A stretch of 63,974 bases of DNA, filler included, from Barthelona sp. PAP020 (Eukaryota): the NCBI GenBank assembly GCA_040182905.1. It is 3 parts of 3 records of this genome, joined end to end, with 100 filler letters (N's around TTAATTAATTAA, not from the genome) between each part and the next. Parts side by side here need not be neighbours in the genome. Positions count along the whole stretch, not along the records: positions 24,996 to 49,859 come from JARQWU010000150.1; 2 more parts are not named here. One strand, 5' to 3'. Under the pieces are notes generated by a model. It had not been told where the DNA came from. It saw only the letters and a list, made by a program, of their open reading frames with translations, and did not search any database. The position numbers were made by a program, and so were the translations under genes. Of the stretch, positions 34,821 to 45,528 are shown piece after piece; position 1 is the first letter of the stretch; each line of letters starts with the position of its first letter.

Positions 34821-35786
34821 ATGTCTGTTGATAATAATAATGATTCATGTAATATGGTTAATTCATCCTTCACAGGAAACCTAATTGAAACAATTAAAGA
34901 TGTAGTTGACCGAAAGATTTATGATTGCCGTTATTCGCCAGATGGTGAATATTTTGCAATGATTAGTCGATTAAAATTACTTTTATTTAGTTCAAATGAC
35001 TCAAAATTAGTGAAAGAATTTTCACACCATAAATGTATGATTCATGGAGTTGCTTTCTCAAAAGACAATAAATTTTTGGCGACATGTTCATATGACAAGA
35101 AAATATTTATTTATAACTTGGAAGATTTGGATGCGGATCACACAGAGTTGGAGAATGACAGTTTTTTGTGTACTATTGCATTCTGTCCGAATGATTCCAA
35201 AATTATTTATTCTGGAGATCACAATGGATTTGTTAAAAAATGGAACATTGATTCTTCCAATAACAATCCTGTTGCAGAGAAAAAGATTCACGACAAATGG
35301 ATTTGGAGATTAGCAGTTTCAGAGAATGGCCAACGTCTTATTACAGGTAGTCTTGATAGAACTGCAAAATTGATTGATGTTAGTGATGACGAGTTTAATG
35401 TGCTTCACACTTTCAGCCATGATAATCATGTGAGAAGTGTTGCTTTCCTTCCTGATTCCGAGAAAAAAATTGTTGCATGTGGTGATCAATCAAGTAAAGT
35501 CAAACTTTGGAACATGGAAACTGGTGAACTTGTTCACCAATTTGACCTTGAAGCTGAAGTTTATTGTTTGCGATTTTTGTCTCCCAAACATTTACTTGTT
35601 ATGTCTGGTGATGGATATATTTGTTGTTATGAACTTGATAATTTCGGAAAATATGGCGAAATTAATTGTAGAATCAGCAGTTATATGTATGCTTTTGACG
35701 TATTTGTATCTTCAGACAAAAAACAATTGGCTGTTGGTGCATGTGAAGATCTTACCATTAAGATTTATGGAATTGATTGGAGTTAG
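34821..35786 (+). CDS. WD40 beta-propeller protein, paralogue of the 36210-38243 gene
   Basis: About seven WD repeats. Shares DCxYSPDGE, ATCSxD, YSGDxNGxxKKW, TGSxD and HxNHV with the neighbour. ATG at 34821. Confidence 0.85.
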   Translation: MSVDNNNDSCNMVNSSFTGNLIETIKDVVDRKIYDCRYSPDGEYFAMISRLKLLLFSSNDSKLVKEFSHHKCMIHGVAFSKDNKFLATCSYDKKIFIYNLEDLDADHTELENDSFLCTIAFCPNDSKIIYSGDHNGFVKKWNIDSSNNNPVAEKKIHDKWIWRLAVSENGQRLITGSLDRTAKLIDVSDDEFNVLHTFSHDNHVRSVAFLPDSEKKIVACGDQSSKVKLWNMETGELVHQFDLEAEVYCLRFLSPKHLLVMSGDGYICCYELDNFGKYGEINCRISSYMYAFDVFVSSDKKQLAVGACEDLTIKIYGIDWS

Positions 35787-36209
35787 TAATGTTCATAATT
35801 TTGCTTGACAACTTTCAAATGGAGTTGTTTTTTTTATGTAATGTTTAAGTTATGTAATTGTGTATTTATTTCAAATAAAAAATATGTGAATTTTTTTATT
35901 GTTTTTTTTGAAGGGATTTTACTTTGTTTCAAATAAACTATTTGGAAATAATTCCTAAACCCAAATAAAAGGATCTAATTATTCAACCATTATTCGTTAA
36001 AATTCTTTCATCTGGTTAAAAGAAAAGTTGGATGATACACAATAGACAAAAACAGATAAAAAGTTCTTTTACACTGTTAAAAAGTTGCCAACACACATAT
36101 AACCTCTTTATAAAGAAGATCTTACTTATTTTTGATCAAAAAAGTCTTTGATTTCATCAAATTTCACATTTTTCATTTGAAATTTAATTGTGAAAGTGAA
36201 ATCGTTTCT

Positions 36210-38243
36210 TCAATTCTTCAATTTCTTCAATTCGGAATAAATATTGGCGATATCATTTTTTAAGATGGAATTTTCGTCCTCTAAATTGCAAATTCTTTGA
36301 TTTTGCTGAATAATTATTGATAAACGTGTTGAAAATGGTGCAATGATTTCTTTATAGTTCATAATAATATCCATCGGTAATTGTTCCAAAAATACAAGTC
36401 TCTTTTCATTTGAAAAAGATCCAACAAAAGTTTTAAACACAATTGGAGTGAATTCAGGGAATAATTGCAAAAAATCAACAAGTTTCTGATTGTTTACCGA
36501 TAAATTTTGGTTACTTGCGAATTCAAACAATTCAAACAATTCTAATGAATGATCTAACGGTGATAATTCCATTATGCGATCAAAACACATTGTATCATCA
36601 ACAATACAAGAAAAAAAACAACTGAACTTAAAAGATTCCAGATTTCCACCATTTTTAACGTTTTCTCCCATAATTTCCTCAGTTAAAAAAGGAATAACAT
36701 GAATCAATTCATCAGTACTCACATTTACTCCTTTTTTCAATAATAATTTCATCAAGTCATCAAAAACATCTTCATGAACACTTTCAAATGAAAAAAATTT
36801 GTAAATTTTTTGACCATTCTTTGAAAACCCTATCAATTGATCAATAAATGTCATGCCTTTTGATGAAAACAAAAAAGGAATGATATATTCGGCAAAATTC
36901 ATCCAAATCATCTGAAATATTACAAACTCTTGATTGTTCAACAGAATATCAATGTGTTCTGATGCAAATTTACAACAATCCTTTTGATTATAAGTATATA
37001 GTTCAATAAACTGTTCAAAAGATATGAATTCAAAAAATTCCACCAAATTTCCACCTTTTATCGTATTTTGTACCAAATATTCAGCATTATCAAAACATTT
37101 AAATAGTTCTTTCTCTTCATCGCACACGATAATTCCTTCTTTAACGAGATTTTGTATCAACTTATCTTCATGTTCCACATGAAAAATATGACACAGTACA
37201 AATAATACGTTACCTCCTTTCAAATGTGATAATTCAATGAGTTCTGATACATGTTTCTCTAAATCATCAGAAATATGTGTTGAATCATGTTTTGAAATCT
37301 GATATACCTTGATATTTTTGGAATCACACCTTCCACAAGCTAAATGAGTACAATCTGGGGAAATAGCAAATGAACACCAATTTCTATCACAATTACAACA
37401 TAATGATTGAAGTTGTTGAAAAGAATCAGTGTTTAACAAAGTAAGAAATCCATCACCAGTCATTATAACCAAAGTAGAAGAATTAACATAGTCAAGACAA
37501 TATATTGGACCATCAAACATCCTTACGTAAACAGAAACTCCATGATGCAAACTCCAAACTTTCAAAACTTTTGAAATATCACTTGTAATTACAAATTTTT
37601 CCTTTGGATCAAAACAAACTGCATACACATGATTTTCATGTTCATAAACACGCTCAATACATAGATTTTCAACATCAATTAATTTCGAGTATTTATCCCT
37701 GCTTCCTGTAAGAATCAAATGATTATCTGTCGAAACTTTAAGTGCATAAATAGCTTCTTCATGAACTTTCATTTCTTTGATTAACCTTCTTTTTTCAACA
37801 TCCCATTTTTTGATATATCCATTAATGTCACCAGAATATAAAAATTTTGAACATTTTGAAAAAGATATGGAAAAAATACTTGCATTTGTGCAAAATTTTG
37901 TGAAGATCGAAAAATCATCAAGATTAAAAACAATGACAGAATAATCATGAGAACAAGTTGCCATGTATTTACCATTTGGAGAAAAAGTTATGCCATAAAC
38001 ACTCATCAAATGATGATGAAAAGTATGTTTATGTGAACTTGTTTTTCCATCAAACAATAAAATTTGTTTATTGAAATCTGCAATTCCCAAAAATTCCCCA
38101 TCAGGCGAATATTCACAATCCCACATAAAACGTGAAAGCGTACCTGTAATTACTTTTACATTTTCATCACAAATTCTTGTTGGTAACTTTTCACAAATTT
38201 TTTGTTTAATTAAATCAATTGTTGAATTTTCATTTATCAACAT
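36210..38243 (-). CDS. WD40 protein with C-terminal helical region containing a duplicated GGNL motif and a terminal coiled coil
   Basis: N-terminal WD40 propeller similar to 34821-35786; C-terminal half has two LxKxGxxV...NxxxGGNL units. Confidence 0.85.
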   Translation of the reverse strand: MLINENSTIDLIKQKICEKLPTRICDENVKVITGTLSRFMWDCEYSPDGEFLGIADFNKQILLFDGKTSSHKHTFHHHLMSVYGITFSPNGKYMATCSHDYSVIVFNLDDFSIFTKFCTNASIFSISFSKCSKFLYSGDINGYIKKWDVEKRRLIKEMKVHEEAIYALKVSTDNHLILTGSRDKYSKLIDVENLCIERVYEHENHVYAVCFDPKEKFVITSDISKVLKVWSLHHGVSVYVRMFDGPIYCLDYVNSSTLVIMTGDGFLTLLNTDSFQQLQSLCCNCDRNWCSFAISPDCTHLACGRCDSKNIKVYQISKHDSTHISDDLEKHVSELIELSHLKGGNVLFVLCHIFHVEHEDKLIQNLVKEGIIVCDEEKELFKCFDNAEYLVQNTIKGGNLVEFFEFISFEQFIELYTYNQKDCCKFASEHIDILLNNQEFVIFQMIWMNFAEYIIPFLFSSKGMTFIDQLIGFSKNGQKIYKFFSFESVHEDVFDDLMKLLLKKGVNVSTDELIHVIPFLTEEIMGENVKNGGNLESFKFSCFFSCIVDDTMCFDRIMELSPLDHSLELFELFEFASNQNLSVNNQKLVDFLQLFPEFTPIVFKTFVGSFSNEKRLVFLEQLPMDIIMNYKEIIAPFSTRLSIIIQQNQRICNLEDENSILKNDIANIYSELKKLKN

Positions 38244-38288
38244 CAAAAGAAATTCAGAAAAAAAAAAAAAGAGAATAAAATAAATTTA

Positions 38289-41200
38289 TCAAACCTCCAT
38301 TTCTTTTTGTGCTGATTCTGTTTCTTCTTCTTCTTCATTGTTTTCTTCATCTACAACAAAATCCTTCAATAAATAGACAGGTGTCTCTTCTTTACAATAT
38401 CTATATAATATATCAACTGAAATAATACCAAGTTGAATAATATTTTCCAATAAATGAGTTGGTAAACATAAAGAAAACAAGACTTTATCATATGGCCTGA
38501 CAATATTTAGAAATTTTAAAAACCCTGTCCAAAAAGCTTCATTTTTATAGAATTTGCAATTCAATAATTCTGCAAGAATGAATGTTTGAATGAATCGACT
38601 AAAATCTCGTGAATCGCTTTGATTGAACCCATATTTTTGATAGGTAATGATCAAAGTTCTCATAATCAAAGGATTGAAAATGAGATTCTGTTTAAAATAA
38701 AACTTAAAAAATTGAACAATTTCTGTTAGACTCAAATGATTGGTATCTAAAATGTATTCGATTATTCTAATCTTTTTATTTAGAGAAAGGGTGGCATTAC
38801 TTTGTAAAAAAGCTAAGAACTTGTATATTTCAGGAGATTCCAATGGAAGATTTTGTAGAAATAATTCAATATGTGCAATTAATACATTATCTCGTAAATC
38901 TTTGATATTTACTCGCTGTAAAAACAAATTTTGAAAATCAATCAATTTCATATGTCTTAACAAAGGTCTAAAAATACCATTTGAAAAAATCTTACGATTT
39001 TCAAAAATATAGTGAGAAATTTCAGTTAATTCGTTGTTGTTATAATTCTTTGCTAGAATTTCAAAAGAGGGAATCAATATTTTTTCTAAAATCGTAGTTT
39101 CATCCAATTGTATAACGAATTCAGTCAATTGATTATCAAATTTCAAATCAATATCAGTGAAATTATTCAATTGTGCTAAGAAATTATTTTGAAAAGAATT
39201 AAACATTCCAAAACCTTTCTGTTTAACTCTTATCAAATATTTGTAAAAAATTACCCAAATGTTTGACAAACTAAACATTTTAAACAATTCAATGGAAAAA
39301 TCATACAATAATCTTCTCTTGTAAGTATTATCAATATCTGAAGCAAGACGAGTTTTAACTTCATTCAAATCAAGTTTAAAGAAAGGATTAATCATGACAT
39401 CTTCATTCTTTCGTTCTTTTTCTTTTTTAAGGAAACTTTCAAAATCAAACTCAAGTAAATCATTGAATTGAATTTCATTGATCCCCATTGGTTCAATTAG
39501 ATAAAATAAGATTGATTCAAGCAAATCACTGATAAATACTTGTTGTCTTTTGAACATAAAACCACAATTTTGAAAAAAGTTCCTCAATTCTTCAATAATG
39601 ATATTGTACGTATGATAATCAATCTTTAATAAACTCCATAATATCATATTCCACAACTTTTCAAATAAAATAGGCTTAACCTTGACAATCTCAAGTAATC
39701 TTCGAAAATCTTGAAGATTGTGGTTGAACAAAAATTCATTAAAAAAATATAACAACAATCCTGTAGGAATATTGGGGACAAATCGCAAGAATTCCAAAAT
39801 TTGCTCAAAATCAACAGATTTCTTTAAAGCTGTTCGAACAAAAATAACCAATTTATAGTCATAATCATTATGCACACTAGATTGAGTTTGAGTTTGAGTT
39901 TGGATGCGACTTAATCTCATAACATCCAACTGATAGAATAAAGGTAAAAAATCCATGAACTCTATCGTGTTCCAAACCTTGAAAAGAGAATCTTCAAAAG
40001 AAAAATGTTTTTTCTCTTCCAATTGTTTGCCCATTCGTTGAAATACCAAGGCCCTTAATTTGGGTTCAACAACAATATGTCTTAAAATAGTTAACACACA
40101 TTTCAAATACATATCTTTATGTCCTTCCAAAATCAATTGATCACGTAAATCACTTATGATCTCCAAACTTGAGATCAAAATCTCCTTTCTCGTTTCATTA
40201 GTTGGCAACTCAATCTTCGGATCAAATGGCACTTTTGTTGTTGTAGTGGAATAGCAATCAGCAAATGTTTCGGATTCTAACGTCATGATATCACTGTGAT
40301 CCATTTTCAAGTTCAATATTAGCGTGTCTACAAATATCTCTCGAAAGGGAATATTTGTCATGGAAGGATTCAAAAAAGGCATCAAGAAATCTTGAACTAG
40401 ATTCATTTGTCCAACTTTATTAAATTTACCGCCAAAATTATTTAAAAACACTTTGATTTCATTACTTTGCATGTTCTTTTTTTCTTCCTCATAAAGCTTA
40501 ACAATATTATTGAATGGAGTTACATCAAACAAAATGGCGGTCAGACTTGGATCTTGACAACGCTCAACTCGTTGCTGATCTCCTATTGAGCTTCGAACTT
40601 TCTTCACAATCTCAAGAATAGTCTTAGTCAATTGAACATGTACCTGTTTTAACATGGCTGAATTGCATATCTTTGCATCTCTTTGTAAAGTTGTCAACTT
40701 TGTATACAGTTTGTTCAAATATTCAGGTGATTGCAACCTTCTAACAATGGATATACAGCATATAATCGCACATGTAGTGCTCACCATCTTAAAGTGATCA
40801 TTAATGACAAGCAACAATATATCAAAATACAAACGTCCAGTCTTTTCCATCTCCAAACGGTTTATCAATGACATTTGATGAATCTGTTCAATTGTCCAAT
40901 TAGCTTCACGTTGAGATAATATTGTCTCGTTTGAGGGGGATGAACTGAAAGACATGACAAAAACCTCAAAAAATTTCAATAGACTGCATATGATTCCTTG
41001 ATTCATGTTTAAAGCATAACAAAAGTCAAATAAATACTTAAATTGAGTTCGAACAGCATTCATACCCTGCGAAAAATTGAATAGCTCCTTTCCTATTTTA
41101 TCTTCAGTAGCAGGATATAAAACTAATATTTCCATAAAATATCGATAATTTAATGTGTATTTATCGATAGCAGCAATCAATTTTTCAACATCATTGTTAG

Positions 41201-41399
41201 GATTATTGAAATATGGAATCCAACATTTCTCTCTATTTATATTAAGACTATCTTCATTCTTTACATCAAGTTTTTTAAACTTGGGTAATATTTTCTAATT
41301 AAATTGTTAATATATAAATTAAAGAAAAAATCATCATACATATATGTCTTTCAATTCTTCAATTGATTCTTTTAATCGATTTGGATTAATAGGTTCCAT
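38289..41399 (-). CDS. SYMPK: Symplekin/Pta1 (exons 41399-41340, 41294-38289; ~1021 aa)
   Basis: C-terminal PLIMRTLI...FILAELLNCKFYKNEAFWTGFLKF...LPTHLL matches the symplekin C-terminal domain (LLMRTVI...VWEGFIKC...LPPQQL). NQGIICSLLKFFE resembles NDGIRTHAIKFVE. The frame extends upstream of the track start across a 45-nt intron to ATG 41399. Confidence 0.8.
41295..41339 (-). other. Spliceosomal intron, 45 nt, in symplekin
   Basis: GTATGA...TTAACAATTTAATTAG; contains in-frame stops, and removal joins a 20-codon ATG exon to the long ORF. Confidence 0.8.
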
Positions 41400-41729
41400 T
41401 CTTTATTGAAAGAATTCACTTACAATTAAAAAAAAAATCAGAATAAACATTTGATTATTTTTTGGTGGATAATTTCTTTATTTTTTTCTTCAAAAAAAGT
41501 GGATTGGTTATATTTATTCAAACAATATTCATTTTTTATCATTAATAAAAAAAAAACATCATATTCTTTTGGTTTGTGGAAAAAAGATTTTCATTTATTT
41601 TTCATTTTGCTTTTAAATTACAACAATAAAGAATTGAATGAACTTTTTTGAAACCTTTTTGATGAAATTTGGTTATTTCACTATCTTTTTTTTTTCCTTC
41701 TTTTCTCATTTATAATTTAAATCTTTACA

Positions 41730-44465
41730 ATGGGAAGTGACGATGAATTATTAATTCATCACAATGGAGGAACTGGTGTTTTTGATGATTCTCGAGGAAC
41801 ATACATTCAAAGTCAAAGCGATCCCATTAGACGTCAAGTAATTCATATGGGAATATTATTATTTGTTTGTTTCTCAATATCTATTTTATTATCAATTGGA
41901 AATATTTCTGTGGGAGATTTTTGTGGTCCACAAAGTACACCCTATGATTTAACAATTGAAATTGAAACTGGAAAAAAATATTTATCACCTTGTTTTATGT
42001 TTGTTCAATTTTGTTTCCCTTGTTTTATGTTTGTTTTAATTAAATTTGTCAATTATTTGATAAAAGAAGTTCCATGGAAAACAATGGATTTACATAAATT
42101 ACTTAAAAAATATAATTTGACAAGACCTAGTGAAGTTGTTAGAACTTACTGGATTAAAGCTATTTTTGTTGTTTTGATAATTTTGTTATACGACATTAAG
42201 TTACTCTATCACATATTTATGGCATTGAGATCAAAAGATCAAGCATTTGGAACAAAAAGAAATCCTATTGCAGGATTATTTACTGATATCTGTTCTTTGT
42301 TTATGTGGGTAATTTCAGGAATCTTAATGTACTTTAATTTTCGGTCAGGTAAGAAGCATCCTAAATTTTTACACATTTTTTGGCATTTTTCCATCATTAC
42401 GTCAACTGTTGATTTCTTCAAGTATATTTTTGATCTAGTATACATGGGAAGATCTACTGTTTCCCTGTATATTGCTGGGCCCCTGTTTTTATCAAACGTT
42501 GTTATGGTTTTTGTAAGCTATTTCACAATACAACACACCGATTTTGAGAAGGTTATTGTTGCCGAAGAAAAAAAACAATTTAAGATTGGAACAAAGTTTC
42601 CTTGGGGTAGATTCATTCAACTATTTGTTCCTGAAATTCCAATTATCATTGTGGCTGTCTTTGCTGCCATTATTCAAGGTTGTTTGAATATCTTTATGTA
42701 TGAACCTATGACAGATCTTCAAACCTTTACTACTGCTGATGCAATACTTGCTGGAGGAGTTGGACAAGAAGATGATGCTAAGTCTGCTGTATTGGGATTG
42801 GTGTTTCAGTATATGGGTTATATATTTGGGTTAGGAATTATGGCAGGAATTCAAGAATATTGTTTTGCTTTTGCTGGTGCAAGAGTTTTGAGACGTATTC
42901 GTGCAAGATTTATGAATTCTGTTATGAAACAAGAATTAGGTTTTATCCACAATCCTAAGTTTGCCCCTGGTATTTTGATGCAAGCAATGTCAAGTGATTC
43001 TGATGAAATTTCAACAGTTTTAAGTGAGAATTTGAGTGAAACTATTCCTACTTTATTTCAAGTAATCGTTGGTTTAGTACAAATGATAAGTATCTCAAGC
43101 ACTTTAACTTCTTTAATGATTGCTTTGGTAGTTTATCAATTAGCTTTCTCTTTATTCAGGTCATACAAAGTTACAGCACAGATGGCCATGCAATTTGCTG
43201 GGGCTAGCGCTGTTGCTACTGGGAAAGGAGCAGAAACCATTCAAGGAATAGAAGCTGTCAGGTTGTTTTTGATGGAAGACGAGGAAAAAAGACAATTCCA
43301 ATCCAAGTTGGATGATCAATTATCGATTGGTATCAAAAAGACTGTATTTGAAGGTGTTTGTGAAGGAGTTGAAAATCTTTTGAATGTAAGTATTATGGGA
43401 GCAGGGCTCTTTTACGGTATTACTCTTGTAAAACAAACCATTATTACAACACATAAGCTTACTGAATTTGGTATGATTACAATGAACATGATGGCATCAC
43501 TTTATCAGCTGATGACAATGTTGCCTATGATTACAGGTGCTGCAGGTGCTGCCAGAAATGTGATGAGAGTTGTGTTTAGAGAACCATTGATTGATTTATC
43601 CAAAGGAGAAGCTCCAAAAACGTTTTCAGGTGAAATTAAATTTGAGGATGTTGTGTTTACTTATCCCATTGAAGAAGAAGAAGATGCAAATGATTCTGAC
43701 TCTGATTCAGATTCAGAATCAGAATCAGAGGTAGAAAATAATGAACCAAAAGCTCAACTGAACCATGTCAATCTTGAAATTCCAGCAGGACAGAATATTG
43801 CATTTGTAGGTCATTCAGGTTGTGGTAAGAGCACCACCTTATCTTTAGTTTTAGGACATTATCATGCAACTGGACCAAATGATTCAGGTCGCGTGTTGAT
43901 TGATGGTAGAGATGTGTCTAAATTGAGTTCAAGGTGGCTAATACAACAATGTGGTGTTGTTTCACAAAAACCTCTGTTATTTAACGAATCCTTACGTTAT
44001 AACGTTGAATATGGATGTCAAGGACGTAAAGTATCGGATGATGAGTTCTGGAATGCTGTTAAATTAGCAAAAGCTGATGATTTTATCACACCAGAAACAA
44101 TGAACAATCCTGTGGGAGAAGGTGGTGAAATGCTAAGTGGTGGACAACGTCAAAGAGTTGTGATAGCACGTGTAATTTTACGTGATCCGAAGATTTTAGT
44201 TTTAGATGAAATAACTGCAGCTTTAGATCCAAAATCAGAAGCCTCAGTAATGGATGCAATTAAAGAAATTTCAAAGAACAGAACCTGTTTGATGGTTGCT
44301 CATAGACTTAACACAATCGCTCATGCTGATGCTATATACGTGTATGATCATGGTGAGATCATTGAAACTGGTAATCATGCTTCACTAGCTGCTGATAATA
44401 CGACTCATTATTCTGAATTGTACCATCAACAAATAGGAGTGTTTTCTGAAGCTGGAAATGCTTGA
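41730..44465 (+). CDS. ABCB-type half transporter with extra N-terminal membrane domain (TMD0-TMD-NBD)
   Basis: Walker A GHSGCGKST, Q-loop VVSQKP, signature LSGGQRQR, Walker B ILVLDE, VAHRL; multiple hydrophobic segments before the core TMD. Confidence 0.93.
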   Translation: MGSDDELLIHHNGGTGVFDDSRGTYIQSQSDPIRRQVIHMGILLFVCFSISILLSIGNISVGDFCGPQSTPYDLTIEIETGKKYLSPCFMFVQFCFPCFMFVLIKFVNYLIKEVPWKTMDLHKLLKKYNLTRPSEVVRTYWIKAIFVVLIILLYDIKLLYHIFMALRSKDQAFGTKRNPIAGLFTDICSLFMWVISGILMYFNFRSGKKHPKFLHIFWHFSIITSTVDFFKYIFDLVYMGRSTVSLYIAGPLFLSNVVMVFVSYFTIQHTDFEKVIVAEEKKQFKIGTKFPWGRFIQLFVPEIPIIIVAVFAAIIQGCLNIFMYEPMTDLQTFTTADAILAGGVGQEDDAKSAVLGLVFQYMGYIFGLGIMAGIQEYCFAFAGARVLRRIRARFMNSVMKQELGFIHNPKFAPGILMQAMSSDSDEISTVLSENLSETIPTLFQVIVGLVQMISISSTLTSLMIALVVYQLAFSLFRSYKVTAQMAMQFAGASAVATGKGAETIQGIEAVRLFLMEDEEKRQFQSKLDDQLSIGIKKTVFEGVCEGVENLLNVSIMGAGLFYGITLVKQTIITTHKLTEFGMITMNMMASLYQLMTMLPMITGAAGAARNVMRVVFREPLIDLSKGEAPKTFSGEIKFEDVVFTYPIEEEEDANDSDSDSDSESESEVENNEPKAQLNHVNLEIPAGQNIAFVGHSGCGKSTTLSLVLGHYHATGPNDSGRVLIDGRDVSKLSSRWLIQQCGVVSQKPLLFNESLRYNVEYGCQGRKVSDDEFWNAVKLAKADDFITPETMNNPVGEGGEMLSGGQRQRVVIARVILRDPKILVLDEITAALDPKSEASVMDAIKEISKNRTCLMVAHRLNTIAHADAIYVYDHGEIIETGNHASLAADNTTHYSELYHQQIGVFSEAGNA

Positions 44466-44678
44466 TTTTTGGTTGATTGAAGAAAAACGGATTTAAATGT
44501 CCTTTTTCTTTTGTTTTGATAATAGACGTAAATTTCCTTTGTAAATTTGTAGTGATTTTGGATTTTTTTAATTTTTGCTGTGAATTTTGACCAAAAAAAA
44601 TGAAGTTTTTTTACATTTTTGAAGCAATGATGAATGCGGCTTCACTTGAATCAAGTCAATTCATCTGTGTAAAATACA

Positions 44679-44782
44679 TTGTTAAGAATCACTGAATAGG
44701 AGGTGAAAGAGATAGCTTTTGTGGTAAATGTTGAAATTTTTTGTTTTGTGATTGATGTGGCTAGGTGATATGAAGGCTCATT
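44679..44782 (-). repeat. Copy 2 of the 104-bp inverted duplication (partner 24996-25099)
   Basis: Exact reverse-complement identity; similarity stops at 44679/25099. Confidence 0.95.
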
Positions 44783-45396
44783 GAGTTCATTTTATTGATG
44801 AACTGTTCTTCAAAGTCGACATCGACTATTTCTTTGTTGAATTCATTCTCGTTAGTATGTGCTTCTTTGTTGTCAAAGAAGAGAGAAGCCTCGACAAGTG
44901 GAAACTCCGACATGTCCAAGTTGTTCTCAAAATGAATCATTGGCTGATCCCTCAGAAACGAAATCAAATATTTAGGCTCATCAATGATCAAACAAAAGTA
45001 TCTGAGATAAACAAACAAAATGGCAAAAGCCAAAAAGACGTACATAAGACTCCACGATGGGGTACATGAATCAAGTATCTTGCTTGGATATTCCTGGTCT
45101 ATACAAATTTGGTTCAAAATAACGTTGGAATATGAAAGTTCATGCAATAAATCGGAATACTCCTTCGCAGTGATTAGGGAATGATAATGATCGTAATAAA
45201 CGTTGTCGAAATGCGTGTATCGAACCAGATAACTGGTATTAAATAATTGTGTCTGTGGTTCGTATTCGTAGTTGATTGACATTAAATTGGCGTTCTTGCC
45301 GATCGGGAAATGGCCAGATGGAAAGAATGCTAATGGAACAAACAGAACCCACATCAACACCTTGAGCTTATCCATGTGTTTGTGATGAAAAACCAT
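44761..45396 (-). CDS. Unknown 211-aa membrane protein (two hydrophobic segments flanking a Tyr-rich loop with two Cys)
   Basis: ORF with hydrophobic stretches LKVLMWVLFVPLAFF and WSLMYVFLAFAILFVYLRYFCLII; T-tract before ATG. Confidence 0.7.
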   Translation of the reverse strand: MVFHHKHMDKLKVLMWVLFVPLAFFPSGHFPIGKNANLMSINYEYEPQTQLFNTSYLVRYTHFDNVYYDHYHSLITAKEYSDLLHELSYSNVILNQICIDQEYPSKILDSCTPSWSLMYVFLAFAILFVYLRYFCLIIDEPKYLISFLRDQPMIHFENNLDMSEFPLVEASLFFDNKEAHTNENEFNKEIVDVDFEEQFINKMNSMSLHIT

Positions 45397-45528
45397 TTTG
45401 ACATTTTTTTCATTGAATGGGTGAGATTGGCTGTGTACTCATGATTTAAGCTTAATGTTGAAGTGCGCAGTTACAGTGAAACAGGTGCAAAATAAAAGCG
45501 GTTATTTTATTATTTTTTAAAATCAAAC

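Noticed and set aside
44620..44700. C/D box snoRNA (ATGATGA at 44627, CTGA at 44692) or SECIS-like hairpin
   Set aside because: No terminal stem, no convincing rRNA guide, the CTGA lies in the duplicated kinase tail, and the hairpin lacks the GA partner needed for a SECIS core.
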